NCBI GenBank assembly: GCA_951406725.2
Contig: OX597840.1
Span: forward strand, 15,438,001-15,502,000
DNA: 64,000 nucleotides
Source: Octopus vulgaris
Lineage: Eukaryota
Direction: 5' to 3'
Shown here in pieces: positions 1-11,604 of this stretch. Within the stretch, counting starts at the first letter, position 1. Each line of letters begins with the position of its first letter. The notes beneath the pieces were generated by a model. It was not told the origin of the DNA. It did not search any database and saw nothing but the letters and a program-made list of their open reading frames with translations. The translations under genes and the position numbers were made by a program.

Positions 1-99
1 ATACTAGCATGGGTGCTTTTTACCTGACGCTGTCACCTACAAGCCTGCTGGACAGGGATCTCTTAGCTGACAGAGGTATGTACCTGCATGTACAGACGG

Positions 100-900
100 T
101 CCCGATTTTACTTGGCTTGTCACATCTTCACAAGTACAGCAAATTGCCAGAAGTCTAGGTCCCTTATCATCTCCTCTTTGAGACCCAAAATCTGAAAATC
201 CTTTCTCACCACTTCATCTCACATCTGTCTGGGTCTACCCCTTCCACGCGTTCCTGCACAATTAGAGATTGGCACCTCTTGATGCAGCTGTCCTCATCCA
301 TAAGCATCCCATGACCATACCAGTGCAGTCTTCTCTCTTGCACACTACAGCTGATGACTCTCACACCCAATTTTTCTCTCAATTGACTTACATTCTGCTG
401 ACGTTCAGACCTGTGGAGTTGTAGTCATGGAGTTGGCATCATGGAGTCAGGTCGGAAACAATTAAGGAGTAGCTTGGAGTCAGAGTCAGTAAAACTATAC
501 TGACTCCAACTTACAATGTCTTTATTCTTTAATATAAACTAATTATAACATATAGGCCTACACAAAGTACAAGCATATACATATGCTTTATGAGATATGT
601 AGACCACAATCACTTAATTACATAAGGAGTCAGAGTCGGGGGTACCAACTGTAGAGGAATCGGAGTCAAAGTCTTTTGTTTTGACTCCCCAGCCCTGCTG
701 TTATTACCCATCAAGGTGAGCATGGCTTCATTTCTTTCAAGCCTTCAGGTATCCTCACAAGTTACAGCCTGTATCTCACTACCATGCAGCATAGCTGTCT
801 GTACACAGGTGTTATGCTATCTGCCGTTCACTCTGAGAGAGAGTCACTTCATTACCAACAAAGCTAGCAGATCTTTGAACTTTGCTCAGCTTGTTCTTAT
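100..900 (-). mobile_element. Decayed RTE-clade LINE 3' remnant (RT C-terminal region), interrupted by a MITE
   Basis: The minus strand matches the RT C-terminal segment of the RTE copy at 45100-45500 (RRLHWYGH...GRGRPRQMWDEVVRKD-like). Confidence 0.7.
406..697. mobile_element. Degenerate MITE with CAGGGCTGTGGAGTC-type TIRs (hAT-like)
   Basis: Left end cagacctgtggagttg, right end gactccccagccctg, with many internal GGAGTC/GACTCC sub-repeats. It splits the RTE remnant. Confidence 0.6.
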
Positions 901-974
901 TCTAACAAATATATATACATATATACAAACATACAATAAGATATCGTAACAGTAAATCAATATTATGATGTATT

Positions 975-1190
975 CTTTTCTACTCTAGGTACAAGGTCCA
1001 AAATTTTTTTGGTGGGGTGGGCAGTCGATTACATCAACCCCAGTACGCAACTGGTACTTAATTTATCACCCCTGAAAGGATGAAAAGCAAAGCTGACCTC
1101 GACGGAATTTGAACTCAGAACGTAAAGACAGACGAAATACCGCTAAGCATTTCGCCTGGCGTGCTAACGTTTCTTCCAGCTCACCACCCT
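975..1190 (-). mobile_element. tRNA-derived SINE family B copy
   Basis: Reverse complement of GGCGAGCTGGCAGAA..CGTTAGCACGCC..GAGTTCAAATTCC (B-box-like)..GCCTTTCATCCTTTCGGGGTCGATAAATTAAGTACCAG. At least 15 copies occur in the window. Confidence 0.8.
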
Positions 1191-1502
1191 AAACCTTTTC
1201 AACTCTAGGCACAAGGTCCGAAATTTCTGCCAGCTCGCCACTTTCAGTATAATGATATATCAAATATGTTACAATAGGTGACTATAGAAATTAAAAACCC
1301 AAATGGTAGAATACATAAATAAGGGGACAAAATAGCACCTACAATTGCTGGAAATAAGAGCTAAAAAATATAACTCAAATGGCCACACAAAATCACCAAC
1401 CTCATGAGATATTTAAAGGGATTGTGAGTGGCAAGTCACAACATCTTACTCCAGTGAGATAAGACTCACTGAATATATATATATATGTGTATATATATAT
1501 AT

Positions 1503-1987
1503 ATACAACTTATAAATAACGGCAAACGAAAAAAATTTTCTAATGCCAAATATGCCGAAAATTGGACATATTATCCATTACCATATAATTTATCACAATA
1601 CGCACACTACTCGAAAAAAGCCAACAAAAATTTCTAAAAAAATCCATTATTACCATATCAGACCGATTTCAGGGTTAGTTTGTAAGTATCTCATTTATTT
1701 CTTTACCACATGTATCACTGACAAAGGGAGGGTTCTTACGAACTAACCCTGAAATTGGTCCAATATGGTAATTATAGAATTTTTTAGAAATTTCTGTCGG
1801 CTTTTTTTCGAGTAGCGTGCATATTGTGATAAATTATATGGTAATGGACAATATGTCCAATTTTCAGCTTATTTGGCATTAGAAATTTTTTTTCGTTTGC
1901 CCTTATTTATAAGTTGTTTATAATTTTAACCTTTAAAGGTATTTTTTAATATGCTGGCCATTGATAAAAATTTTATCGTACATTAAA
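1503..1987 (+). mobile_element. Fold-back insert in (TA)n with hammerhead motif and 3' tail (PLE pLTR-like)
   Basis: Inverted arms ~1503-1692 / ~1728-1922, unpaired tail 1923-1987, (TA)n on both sides. Confidence 0.8.
1713..1770 (+). ncRNA. Type I hammerhead ribozyme motif (core G8A)
   Basis: TATCA-CTGACAA-AGGG(AG GGTTC TTAC GAACT AA)CCCT-GAAA-TTGG T CCAA-TA-TGGTA. All three stems pair. Confidence 0.75.
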
Positions 1988-2711
1988 TATATATATATAT
2001 ATATATTTATATGTATATTACATTAAATGTGTGTTTCTTTGTGTGTGGTATTGGGGTGTATTGCATGTGTACATGAATATTTAAATATTTATTTTTGGTT
2101 CACTTGAACCATTGAGAAATATTTGGAACAGACTGTAGATGCAGCAATCAATAATAGTTCCTTATAATACATCTTATAAAAAACCTTGATGACAGAAACA
2201 AGTGGACAGAATCACCTACTGGTATTGAGCCATATGTTCATCATGCAACTGAATGGCCATGAATGGCTATTACATCAAAGCAACCTGACAACTCTCAACT
2301 GTTGGAATCAGAAATGTCATTTGATTCTTTCGGGTGATTTTGACCACTTTATTCCATTATCAAAGGGGATGCTTTAGCTTTACACAAAGAACGATTATCT
2401 ACAACTCCTTTCATATCGTAGCAGCATATAAAAGGAATCTTTGATATATGTGTGTATGTATATGTGTGTGTTCATGTGTGTATGTGTGTAATATTATTAT
2501 ATGTAATATATAACAGACCAAGATATCTGTGACGTGTTGTACTGAAGAAGAGCCGTCCACCACAGCAGAATTGATACCAGTGCTGGTCCCACATAAAAAA
2601 CACCCAGTACTCTCTGTGGGGTGGTTAGTATTAGGAAGGGCATCCAGCCAAATCAGACAATGGAGCCAGTTGCAGCCCCTGCGCTTACCATCTCCAGTCA
2701 AGCCATCCACC

Positions 2712-2870
2712 CTGGCTGTGTGGTAAGTAGCTTGCTTATGAACCACATGGTTCCGGGTTCAGTCCCACTGCATGGCACCTTGGGTAAGTGTCTTCTACTA
2801 TAGCCTCAGGCCAACCAAAGCCTTGTGAGTGGATTTGGTAGACGGAAACTGAAAGAAGCCCGTCGTATAT

Positions 2871-2930
<60 letters not shown>

Positions 2931-3158
2931 GTGTGTGTGTGTGTGTTGTATTTGTATGTCTGTGTCTGTCCCCCCCACATCGCTTGACAACCGATGCTGG
3001 TGTACTTACGTCCCCACAACTCAGCGGTTCGGCAAAAGAGACCAATAGAATAAGTACTAGGCTTACAAAGAATAAGTCCTGGGGTCGATTTGCTCGACTA
3101 AAGGCAGTGCTCCAGCATGGCCACGGTCAAATGACTGAAACAAGTGAAAAAGTAAAGA

Positions 3159-3160
<2 letters not shown>
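2712..3160 (+). mobile_element. tRNA-derived SINE family A copy with internal (TA)n(TG)n
   Basis: A-box TGGCTGTGTGG, B-box GGTTCAGTCCC, CCTTGGG(C/T)AAGTG motif, 3' end GTGCTCCAGCATGGCC..GTCAAATGACTGAAAC. About 20 copies occur in the window. Confidence 0.85.
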
Positions 3161-3213
<53 letters not shown>

Positions 3214-3218
<5 letters not shown>

Positions 3219-3565
3219 TCAAAAATAAGCAACAAGAATGACTCCGGTGATTTGGTACAATTGTTTCGTACTACAACATTTTATTAAAAGCTGTAAGTAT
3301 TACAGCAGATTTAAGATGCTGAGTACTCTTCAGCCAATTTATATAGGTTTTCCAATAATATAAAAGCTTTAAGGACGAATACATATGGCTATTACTACTT
3401 GATTTGAAAGCTGTACAAAACAATTGTACCAAATCACCAGAGTCATTCTTGTTGCTTATTTTGATTATAATCACCCTGCAAATTTTTATGGGTAACACCA
3501 TACAAAATTCTGGTGCATCTAAATTAAATACCATATTCATTTGCATCTAAATTGTTGCTGATCTT
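3214..3565. mobile_element. Fold-back insert in (TA)n with hammerhead motif and tail (PLE pLTR-like)
   Basis: Arms 3214-3271 / 3413-3469, tail 3470-3565, TA-rich flanks. Confidence 0.8.
3252..3337 (-). ncRNA. Type I hammerhead ribozyme with intact core
   Basis: Minus strand: TTGG-CTGAAGA-GTACT(large structured loop)AGTAC-GAAA-CAATTG-TA-CCAA. Stem III is the palindrome ACAATTGT. Confidence 0.85.
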
Positions 3566-3696
3566 ATATATACATATAATAAAATAAATGCTTTACACCT
3601 GGTAGCTTACTGGTAAGGCACGGTCACTTTCAGAGTGATCATTAGGTAAATAACAAATGAAAGACAGAAGATGGAATATACTAGAATATATTATTA

Positions 3697-3797
3697 ATCA
3701 CAATTGTTTTGACACATCTAGTATTGACTCCACTTGTGGGTCACTCAACAATTGGTTCAGGAGTATCTGGTGGTACAGACGTATCTCGTCGGGTGAT
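3697..3797 (-). ncRNA. Hammerhead-like motif (U4C, G12A) in a PLE-like 3' remnant spanning ~3570-3870
   Basis: Minus strand: ATCAC-CCGACGA-GATACGTCT...AGATGTGTC-AAAA-CAA-TT-GTGAT. The 9-bp stem II (with G-U pairs) and the 5-bp stem I both pair. Confidence 0.65.
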
Positions 3798-3890
3798 AAA
3801 TAAATTTTTAAAACTTTCAGTACTTGCTTGGATTGCACAACTACTTGTTTTCAAGTAGGCCATACATGTTTCATAGAATATTGGAAATGA

Positions 3891-4110
3891 AAGGCAGCAA
3901 GCTGGCAGAAACGTTAGCACGCCGGGCGAAATACTTAGCGGTATTTCGTCTGTCTTTGTATTCTGAGTTCAAATTCCGTGAAGGTTGACTTTGCCTTTCA
4001 TCCTTTACAAGGTCGATAAATTAAGTACCAGTTGCATACTGGGGTTGATGTAATCGACTGCCCACCCTCCCCTAGAATTTCGGGCCTTGTTCCTAGAGTA
4101 GAAAAGAATA
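3891..4110 (+). mobile_element. SINE family B copy
   Basis: Matches the family B head and core. Flanked by direct repeats agaatattggaaatga (3875-3890 / 4105-4120), a probable TSD. Confidence 0.85.
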
Positions 4111-4253
4111 TTGGAAATGATGGACACAACTTGCATGACAATGACATTCATTTACAACCGTCATGCAGAGTCAAGATAAGGTGACACAAACATAGGCACG
4201 CTTACACACACAAACATACATGCACACATACACACACATATACATATATATAG

Positions 4254-4520
4254 ATATATTTATTTATATTAAGGGCATTACTACACATTAATGCCTCATG
4301 ACTCTTTCAAGAGTTGCATTCCCTCACGTTCAGTACACTGTGTATTTATTATGGTAGTTTTGACTTTAAGAGGCCCTCATAGTGTGAGCTATAAATGTGT
4401 AGTGATGCCCTTAATATAAATAAATATATTTAAAGGGAATAATTATATATTTTTCCCTTATGAGGTTTTTCATGTTGACTACTTGATAAATTCTTATAAA
4501 GATTTTATCTTATTTTAAAA
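4254..4520 (+). mobile_element. Short fold-back insert with structured 3' tail (PLE-like)
   Basis: Arms ~4254-4293 / 4394-4430. The tail has the hairpin AAGGGAA...TTCCCTT and the motif ATGTTGACTACTTGATAA..TTATC. Confidence 0.65.
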
Positions 4521-4524
4521 TCAC

Positions 4525-4718
4525 CTGTGTCGGTGGCACATAAAATCACCCACTACACTCTTGGAGTGGTTGGCGTTAGGAAGGGCATCCAGCTGTAGAA
4601 ACACTGCCAGATCTGACTGGCCTGGTGCAGCCTTCGGGCTCCCCAGACCCCAGTTGAACCGTCCGACCCATGCTAGCATGGAAAGCGGACGCTAAATGAT
4701 GATGATGATGATGATGAT
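4525..4718 (+). mobile_element. RTE-LINE 3' UTR fragment with (GAT)n tail
   Basis: GAGTGGTTGGCGTTAGGAAGGGCATCCAGC...CCCATGCTAGCATGGAAAGCGGACG(GAT)n. The same sequence follows RT remnants at 44600-45530. Confidence 0.8.
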
Positions 4719-4734
4719 ATATATATATATATAT

Positions 4735-4900
4735 TGATAAAAATGGTAAGACAACAAAAGAAAGAAAGAGACCTGAATATTATGTAAATAGAAGAATTTA
4801 TCTGTAAATGTAATATGTGACAATTATTCGGTGGTCATGATAAAACTCCAAGTTTCAGATGCCAGGGTGGAAATCCACGCCGCCATCTATTCAGTTTTCC
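4735..4900 (-). mobile_element. PLE-like 3' remnant next to (TA)n with degenerate HHR (4840-4898)
   Basis: Minus strand: AAAA-CTGAATA-GATG..GTGGA TT TCCAC..CATCT-GAAA-CTTGGAG-TT-TT. A diverged relative lies at ~6420-6580. Confidence 0.5.
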
Positions 4901-5221
4901 AGCCATCGGAAAAATGCTATGAAAATTGACCATTATACAAAGGGAAATTACTGTGTGATTGACCGTTATTAAGACAAAAGAACTATTTGAATGATCGCTA
5001 TATAAGTCCCACTTTCCATATTCAATCACAAGGCTTCAGTCAGCAGGTGTGGCTGTGTGGTAAGAAATTTGCTTCCCAGCCACATGGTTTCAGGTTCAGT
5101 CCCACTGCATGGCACTTTGGGCAAGTATCTTCTACTATAGCCTCAGGATGACCAAAGCTTTGTGAGTGAATTTGATGGACAGAAACTGAAAGAAGCCCAT
5201 CATGTGTATACATATGTATAT

Positions 5222-5500
5222 ACAAAGTATGGAGGTTTAGTTCACAGGTGATCTGAATGATTAGGTATGCTAGGTAAGTGCTGTAACAAATTATTAGGGC
5301 TCCAAGGTTATAGCCAAGATGGTAGCTATGGAGCCATTGTAGATTTCCAATGCAGTGGATATATAATTGTTAAAGAGGACAATAAACATTAAATCAAGGC
5401 AAACATCTCAAGTTGTATATTGGAAAAAAATTTCAAAGCCTTCCAGCTGTTTCTAGGGTATCCCCAAGTATGGCATATTCTGTTATCAGAGACAAATAGG
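5222..5500 (-). mobile_element. PLE-like 3' remnant with degenerate HHR (5438-5492); same family as 45825-46096
   Basis: About 190 bp are shared with 45825-46010. Minus strand: TCT-CTGATAA...GAAA-CAGCTG-GA-AGG. Confidence 0.55.
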
Positions 5501-5867
5501 GAAAAGTAGGGGAAAATGAGAATGGTATATATTAATTAATGAGATGATGACATAGAGGAAGGGAGTAAAGGAATAAGAAGATGCAGAGAGAGAAGAAAAA
5601 TGAAGCTTAAAAGTTGATAGTTCAACTTTCTGATGTTATAGAAACAAGAGTATAGGTCCTTAAGTGCAATCCTGCGTAGGTTTGTGTGGGTTAAAATGTT
5701 GATATCCAGAGAGAAAAATACATGAACATATCAACAGTCGATAACAGAAAGGTAAGCGGAGGTGGTTATTAAGTGGTAAAAGGAAAAATAGAAAGAGAGG
5801 TAGATAGCATGACAGGGAGGATTTAAGGATTGAATTTAGGAAAAAGAAAGGTGTATAGGCATGTATG

Positions 5868-5907
<40 letters not shown>

Positions 5908-6370
5908 GATGGGCTACAGCAAATATTCTGCTCAATACCACAGATTTGCTTGTCAGTTGTTTGACCTTAACCAGTTGAGCATGTCCCTTACTGGCTGACG
6001 ATATGTGCATCTCTGATCACAAGCAGAAGTAGTGGGGGAGCATCATAGCCATGTTTTGAGAGGGATTCTTTGGGGTTTGAATAATTCACCTCTGGAAACA
6101 TGGGTGATTCTTTCAACATCCTTAAACAACCCTTATTCAGGGACCTTTTGAGCGGGATGGGCTACTCAACCTGAAGAAAATTCTAAGTGGGCCCCACCTG
6201 CAAGGTCATGTGCTGTTTATCTTGATATGAGATCACCATGTCGCACACATATGGTTGTGATGCATGTGCCTGGTGTACCCTTATCAGACGGGTAGTCATG
6301 ATGGGTATATTGGGCTTCGTATATTTTACCCCAGTGTCACTTTGATGGCATGAACTGCTCTCTCACTCAA
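5908..6370 (+). mobile_element. ~550-bp non-coding retroelement family C, 5'-truncated copy in (TAA)n
   Basis: Highly similar to the reverse complement of 30182-30733 and 28718-29281. Flanked by (TAA)n on both sides. Confidence 0.75.
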
Positions 6371-7014
6371 TAATAATAATAATAATAATGATAATAATAA
6401 TAATAATGATAATAATGATAATAAAAAGTGACAATAAACGAATGAGACTTCAATATTAGATAAATAAAGGATTATTTATATATTTATAAGTTAGGACAAT
6501 CAGTAAGTTGTCATTATAGTTCAGGGAGTTTTGAAAGTTGGAGCTAAGAGCTACGATGCATTCTTGTCAGCTGTTATTGGCAATAGATGCTATGAAAACT
6601 GTTAAATAAAGGGAAGTTACTCTAATGGGTAAGAAAAAAGATAAAATATACATGCAACCATATTCTCACAATACATAGACATCATCATCATCATTTAACA
6701 TCGACCTTCCATATATATGTATGTGTCTGTGTTCATCCCCTGCGTTGGTTTGTTTATGGCCCCCATAACTTAGCAGTTCAGCAAAAGAGACCAATAGAAT
6801 AAGTTCAGGCTTTAAAAACATAAGTACCACAGTTGATTCATTCAACTAAAATTTCTTGAAGGTGGTGCCCCAGTATGACCGCAACCTAATGCCTGACACA
6901 AATAAAAAATAAAATACAAAAGATATTCAACATGCTTCTTTCAGTTTCCATCAACCAAATCCAGTCTCAAAGATTTAGCTGACCAAGGCTATAGTAGAAG
7001 ACACTTATCCAAGA

Positions 7015-7164
7015 CTAGCAGTATAACCCGGCTTTGCTCAGGATTAAGTTAGGATTATTAAGCTAATCAAGTTCTTTATTTCAAACCAAACTAAGTAACA
7101 TCGACATCAAATTTGGGCGAAATCCATTGAAATTGGTTCATATATATATATATATATATGTAGA
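7015..7164 (-). mobile_element. Short non-autonomous Helitron
   Basis: Minus strand starts TCTACATATA.. and ends CCTGAGCAAAGCCGGG (hairpin) TTATACTGCTAG|T. Confidence 0.6.
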
Positions 7165-7439
7165 TATATTGGCAACACACACGTACGTACGTACGTAGAC
7201 CTATTGCATGCATGTTTTTTGTACGCATACATGCTCATGTGTATGTTGCCTGTATATCAACAAAACACTTTTTTCCGTGATGGAAAAAAAAACAGCAAAA
7301 GTCTTAACAAAAACTTACTCAACAAGAAAACACAGCAGCCAGCAACACCACTACCATCACTCATGCAATACCACCACCATCACCACTGCCACTACTACTC
7401 ACCCAAAAACCATTACTACAATTATAACCACTATCATCA

Positions 7440-7933
7440 CCACCACCATCACATCACCACAGCCACCACCACCATCACCACAGCCACCACCACCATCACC
7501 ACAGCCACCACCACCATCACCACAGCCACCACCACCATCACCACAGCCACCATAGCCACCACCACAAGCACCATCACCACCATCACCATAGCCACCACCA
7601 CCATCACCACAGCCACCATAGCCACCACCACCATCACCACAGCCACCACCACCATCACCACAGCCACCACCACCATCACCACAGCCACCACCACCATCAC
7701 CACCATCACCATAGCCACCACCACCATCACCACAGCCACCACCACAAGCACCATCACCACCATCACCATAGCCACCACCACCATCACCACAGCCACCACC
7801 ACCATCACCACAGCCACCACCACCATCACCACAGCCACCACCACCATCACCACAGCCACCACCACCATCACCACAGCCACCACCACCATCACCACAGCCA
7901 CCACCACCATCACCACAGCCACCACCACCACCA
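7440..7933. repeat. 21-bp minisatellite (CACCACCATCACCACAGCCAC)n
   Basis: About 20 near-perfect units with variant blocks. It explains the Thr-rich and Val-rich ORFs. Confidence 0.95.
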
Positions 7934-8139
7934 GATTATCACCACACATGCTATACTGCCATTACTACTACAACCACTACTACACCACCACCATACTGTT
8001 GCAATCAATATTCCATCAATGAACATTTACCAAAACACTAGACCTCCCCCCACCCACATACACTCTCCACCCCAAAATCTTTTTTCATTAAAAACTCAAC
8101 TTCAATTTAACTCATTATCTTTTTTCCACTGTTCAACTA

Positions 8140-8577
8140 CTACTTGTTGTTGTTGTTGTGGTTGTTGTTGTTGTTGTTGCAGCAGTTGCTGTTGTATCTG
8201 TTGTTGTTGTGGTGGTGGTGGTGGCGGCGGCAGTGGTTTCTCATTTTATTTCACATCAAACTTGTTTTATTCGTCTCAGAACTAATTATTATTGTTGCTG
8301 TTGTTATCGTCATTGTCATTATCACCATTCTCCTCCTCCTCCTCCCCCACATCATCATCATCACCATCATCAATATCACCATCACTGACTCCACAATGAT
8401 GATGATCATCATCACCAATTCCATCATCATCATAATTGTCATCATCATCACCAACTCCATGATCATTACCATCATCATCTTCTTCATTGTAATCATCATC
8501 ACCATCGTTATCATCATCATCATCATCATCGCTATCATCATCACCATCATCATCATCATCATCACCATTATCATCAT

Positions 8578-8609
<32 letters not shown>

Positions 8610-8660
8610 TCATCATCACTAACATTATCATTATCATCATCGTCATCACCATCATCATCC
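8140..8660. repeat. Compound (TTG)n/(GGT)n/(CAT)n microsatellite region
   Basis: Direct reading of the sequence. Confidence 0.9.
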
Positions 8661-8774
8661 TTTCCCTACACACTACTCTCTTCCTCTTCTTCAAATCCAT
8701 GCAGTATTTTATTATCTTCTGCTTAAAATCCTCTGCATATATTCCAGTGATGCCTGCTTATGTTATTTGCAATA

Positions 8775-9348
8775 TTTGCTTGCCACCCTTTCATAGTCAA
8801 TAATAAGGTACCAGTCATATACTGGGGTCAATGTAATCAATTAACCACACGCTAAAACTGCTGACTTTGTGCCAAGTTTTGATACAATTATTACAGAGTG
8901 TGACAGGTATTTGAGGGTATCATTTTTTTTGTTTCAGTCTTTAGACTATGGCCATGCTGGAGCACCACTTTGAAGAACCTTTAGTCAAATGAGTCAACCC
9001 CAGTACTTATGTCTTTTTAAAGCCTGGTACTTACTCTATTTGTTTCTTTTGCTGAACTGCTATGTTACAGGGATGTAAACACACCAACACCGATTGTCAA
9101 GCAGTGGTAGTGGAGACAAACACAGATACAAAGGCATACACACACACACACAAATATGTGTGTGTGTGTGTGTGATGGGCTTCTTTCAGTTTCCATCTAC
9201 CAAATCCTCTCAAGGCTTTGCTTGGTTCAAGGTTATAGTGGAAGACATTTGCCCAAGGTGCCATGCAGTGGGACTGAACCTGGTACCATGTAGTTGGGAA
9301 GCAAATTTCTTACTATTCAGTCACGCCTGGTAATTTAATGAAACAATT
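8775..9348 (+). repeat. Recent local duplication, copy 1 (copy 2 at 17861-18432)
   Basis: ~573 bp nearly identical, including the SINE-SINE junction and private mutations. Confidence 0.9.
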
Positions 9349-11139
9349 TAGGGGATTATGTATTTGTCTGTACCTTTCCTAAACCACTTTTATCGAAATA
9401 GTTTCTTTTTTCCTTTATGTTTTTTATGGCCCCAACATTCTGGTTATCTCTATTTCCAGATCTTTTCTTCATATTTGACCGAGTTTTCCATTTCTTTTAA
9501 ACAGACAAGAACCTTTTTGTTGTGACTCGTACAATGACCCAGCTGCCACTTTCTTTCTTGGTCCTATTTGATAATAATAACAATTATATTCATGATAACA
9601 GTATCTGGCCATTAATAATATATTTATTATTCAAATTCTGTTGAGGTCAGCTTTACCTTTCATCGTTTCATGGGTTAATAAATTAAGTACCAGTTGAATA
9701 CTGGGGTCAGTGTAATCAACTTACCCCCACCCCACCCTATCCACACCCACTATATTGCTGGCCAAATTTTTTAAACCAACATTATCATTATTATTAAGAT
9801 GGCAATCTGATGGAATGGCTAGCATTTTGGGCAAAAGGCTTAGCGGCATTTCGTCTGTCCTTTTGTTCTGAGTTCAAATTCCACCAAGGTCAACTTTGCT
9901 TTTCATCCTTTTGGGTTCGATAAAATAAGTACCAGTTGAACACTGGGTGGGGGGTCAATGTAATTCCTAAATTTGGTTGTTATTTATATATTTCTTTATT
10001 GTCAACAGGGGGCTAAACATAGAGGGGACAAACAAGAACAAAGGGATTAAGTCGATTACATTGACCCCAGTGCGTAACTGGTACTTATTTAATTGACCCT
10101 GAAAGGATGAAAGGCAAAGTCGACCTTGGTGGAATTTGAACTCGGAACATAACGGCAGACAAAATACCACTAAGCATTTTGCCCAGCATGCTAACGATTC
10201 TACCGCCCTGGCGAGCTGGTAGAATCGTTATTATTTGTTGTTATTTATAGCCAATTGAATGGCCATGAGGTGGCTCCCCCAACAATTCAGTGTGGTGGTT
10301 TTGGTGGTGGTGGTGGGTACTGTCTTTGCTCTAAAGTTGAATTGATTTAGTTTACCATGTTGTTGTTGTTGTGGTGGTGGTGGTGGTGGTATGTAGCAAT
10401 AGTTGTAGTAGTAGTTGTTGTTATTGCTACTGTTGTTTTGCTGATTGAATTTAATTAATTTTATTTTTTTAGATTGCTGTTAATGTTGTAGCTGTTGTTG
10501 TTGTAGCTGCTGTAGTTGTTTTAGGTGTTGTCGTTGTTGTAGTAGTTGTTGTTGTTGTCTTAAATAGCTGTTTCCACAAATAGTAGTCCATTTCTAAAAC
10601 AGACAACAGAAGCGAAAAGGGGGGAGGGAAGGGGGAAGGAGGAGACAAAGCAAAACTTCTAGAAGCTCCATTCCTACACACACACACACACCCTCATAAC
10701 ACCCTCGCTTCCTAAAAATAAACAAAACCAAGCAAAGTTCCCAGTCATCATCGGTTGACTGGTGCTTCTTGTCTGTTTAATAGGGGCTGGGACAGTAACA
10801 AAACAACAACAACATCGATTACTATTAAAGCAACACTGATCAAGCTTCTATGTGGTCTCTTTATCAGCTAAAAATAGCAGCCAGATTTGGTAAATCCCAA
10901 CCATCATCTGAAAAGGAAAACATTGAACAAGGTGTTTTCAGGCCACAGTTCATCACAATTATCATCATTTAAAGTCCACTTTTCACTGAGTCAGATGGAG
11001 TATATTGCGGCAGATTTTCTCTGGCCTGATGCCCTTCCTGTTGGGAATCTTTACCTGTTTCCCCATGCCGGGACTTATTCTTGCGGAATATTGGAAATGA
11101 ATGACACTGCATGTATGACAGTGACACTCGTTTACAATT

Positions 11140-11555
11140 GATCGCTTGAGGTGGATGGAAGTCATGGAAGATGGAGATCCAGCAAGACATGGGATGAAGT
11201 ACTGAAGGCTGATCTCAGAACACTGAACCTTATAAAGGACTTGACAGAGGACCGAGATATGTGGAGCATCTCTGTAGTTAAGAAGACCCTAAAACTAAGG
11301 TGTCACATAAAAAGCACTGGTATGGGTGATGGTGTCACATAAAGACACTGGTGCTGGTGCCACATAAAATGCATTCACTACATGCTGTGGAGATGTTGGC
11401 GCTAGGAAAGACATCCAGCTATATAGATCATATCAAAGCAGACTATGTACTTGATGTGGTACCTGGCCTAGCCTGTTCCTGTTAAACCATCCAACCCATG
11501 CCAGCATGGAAAACAGATGTTAAATATTGACAATGATGATGATGAGGATGATGAT
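11140..11555 (+). mobile_element. RTE LINE 3' remnant
   Basis: Encodes GSHGRWRSSKTWDEVLKADLR..DLTEDRDMW, followed by the RTE 3' UTR and (GAT)n. Confidence 0.7.
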
Positions 11556-11604
11556 GCAATGCCAAGACAGAGAGATACATACATAGACACACATACATTA
11601 TGAC

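Noticed and set aside
7204-8022. 272-aa Thr-rich mucin-like ORF
   Set aside because: Arises from a stop-free 21-bp minisatellite. It is open in several frames and on both strands, with no convincing gene structure.
8144-8803. Hydrophobic Ile/Leu-rich 219-aa ORF
   Set aside because: Translation of (TTG)n/(CAT)n microsatellites.
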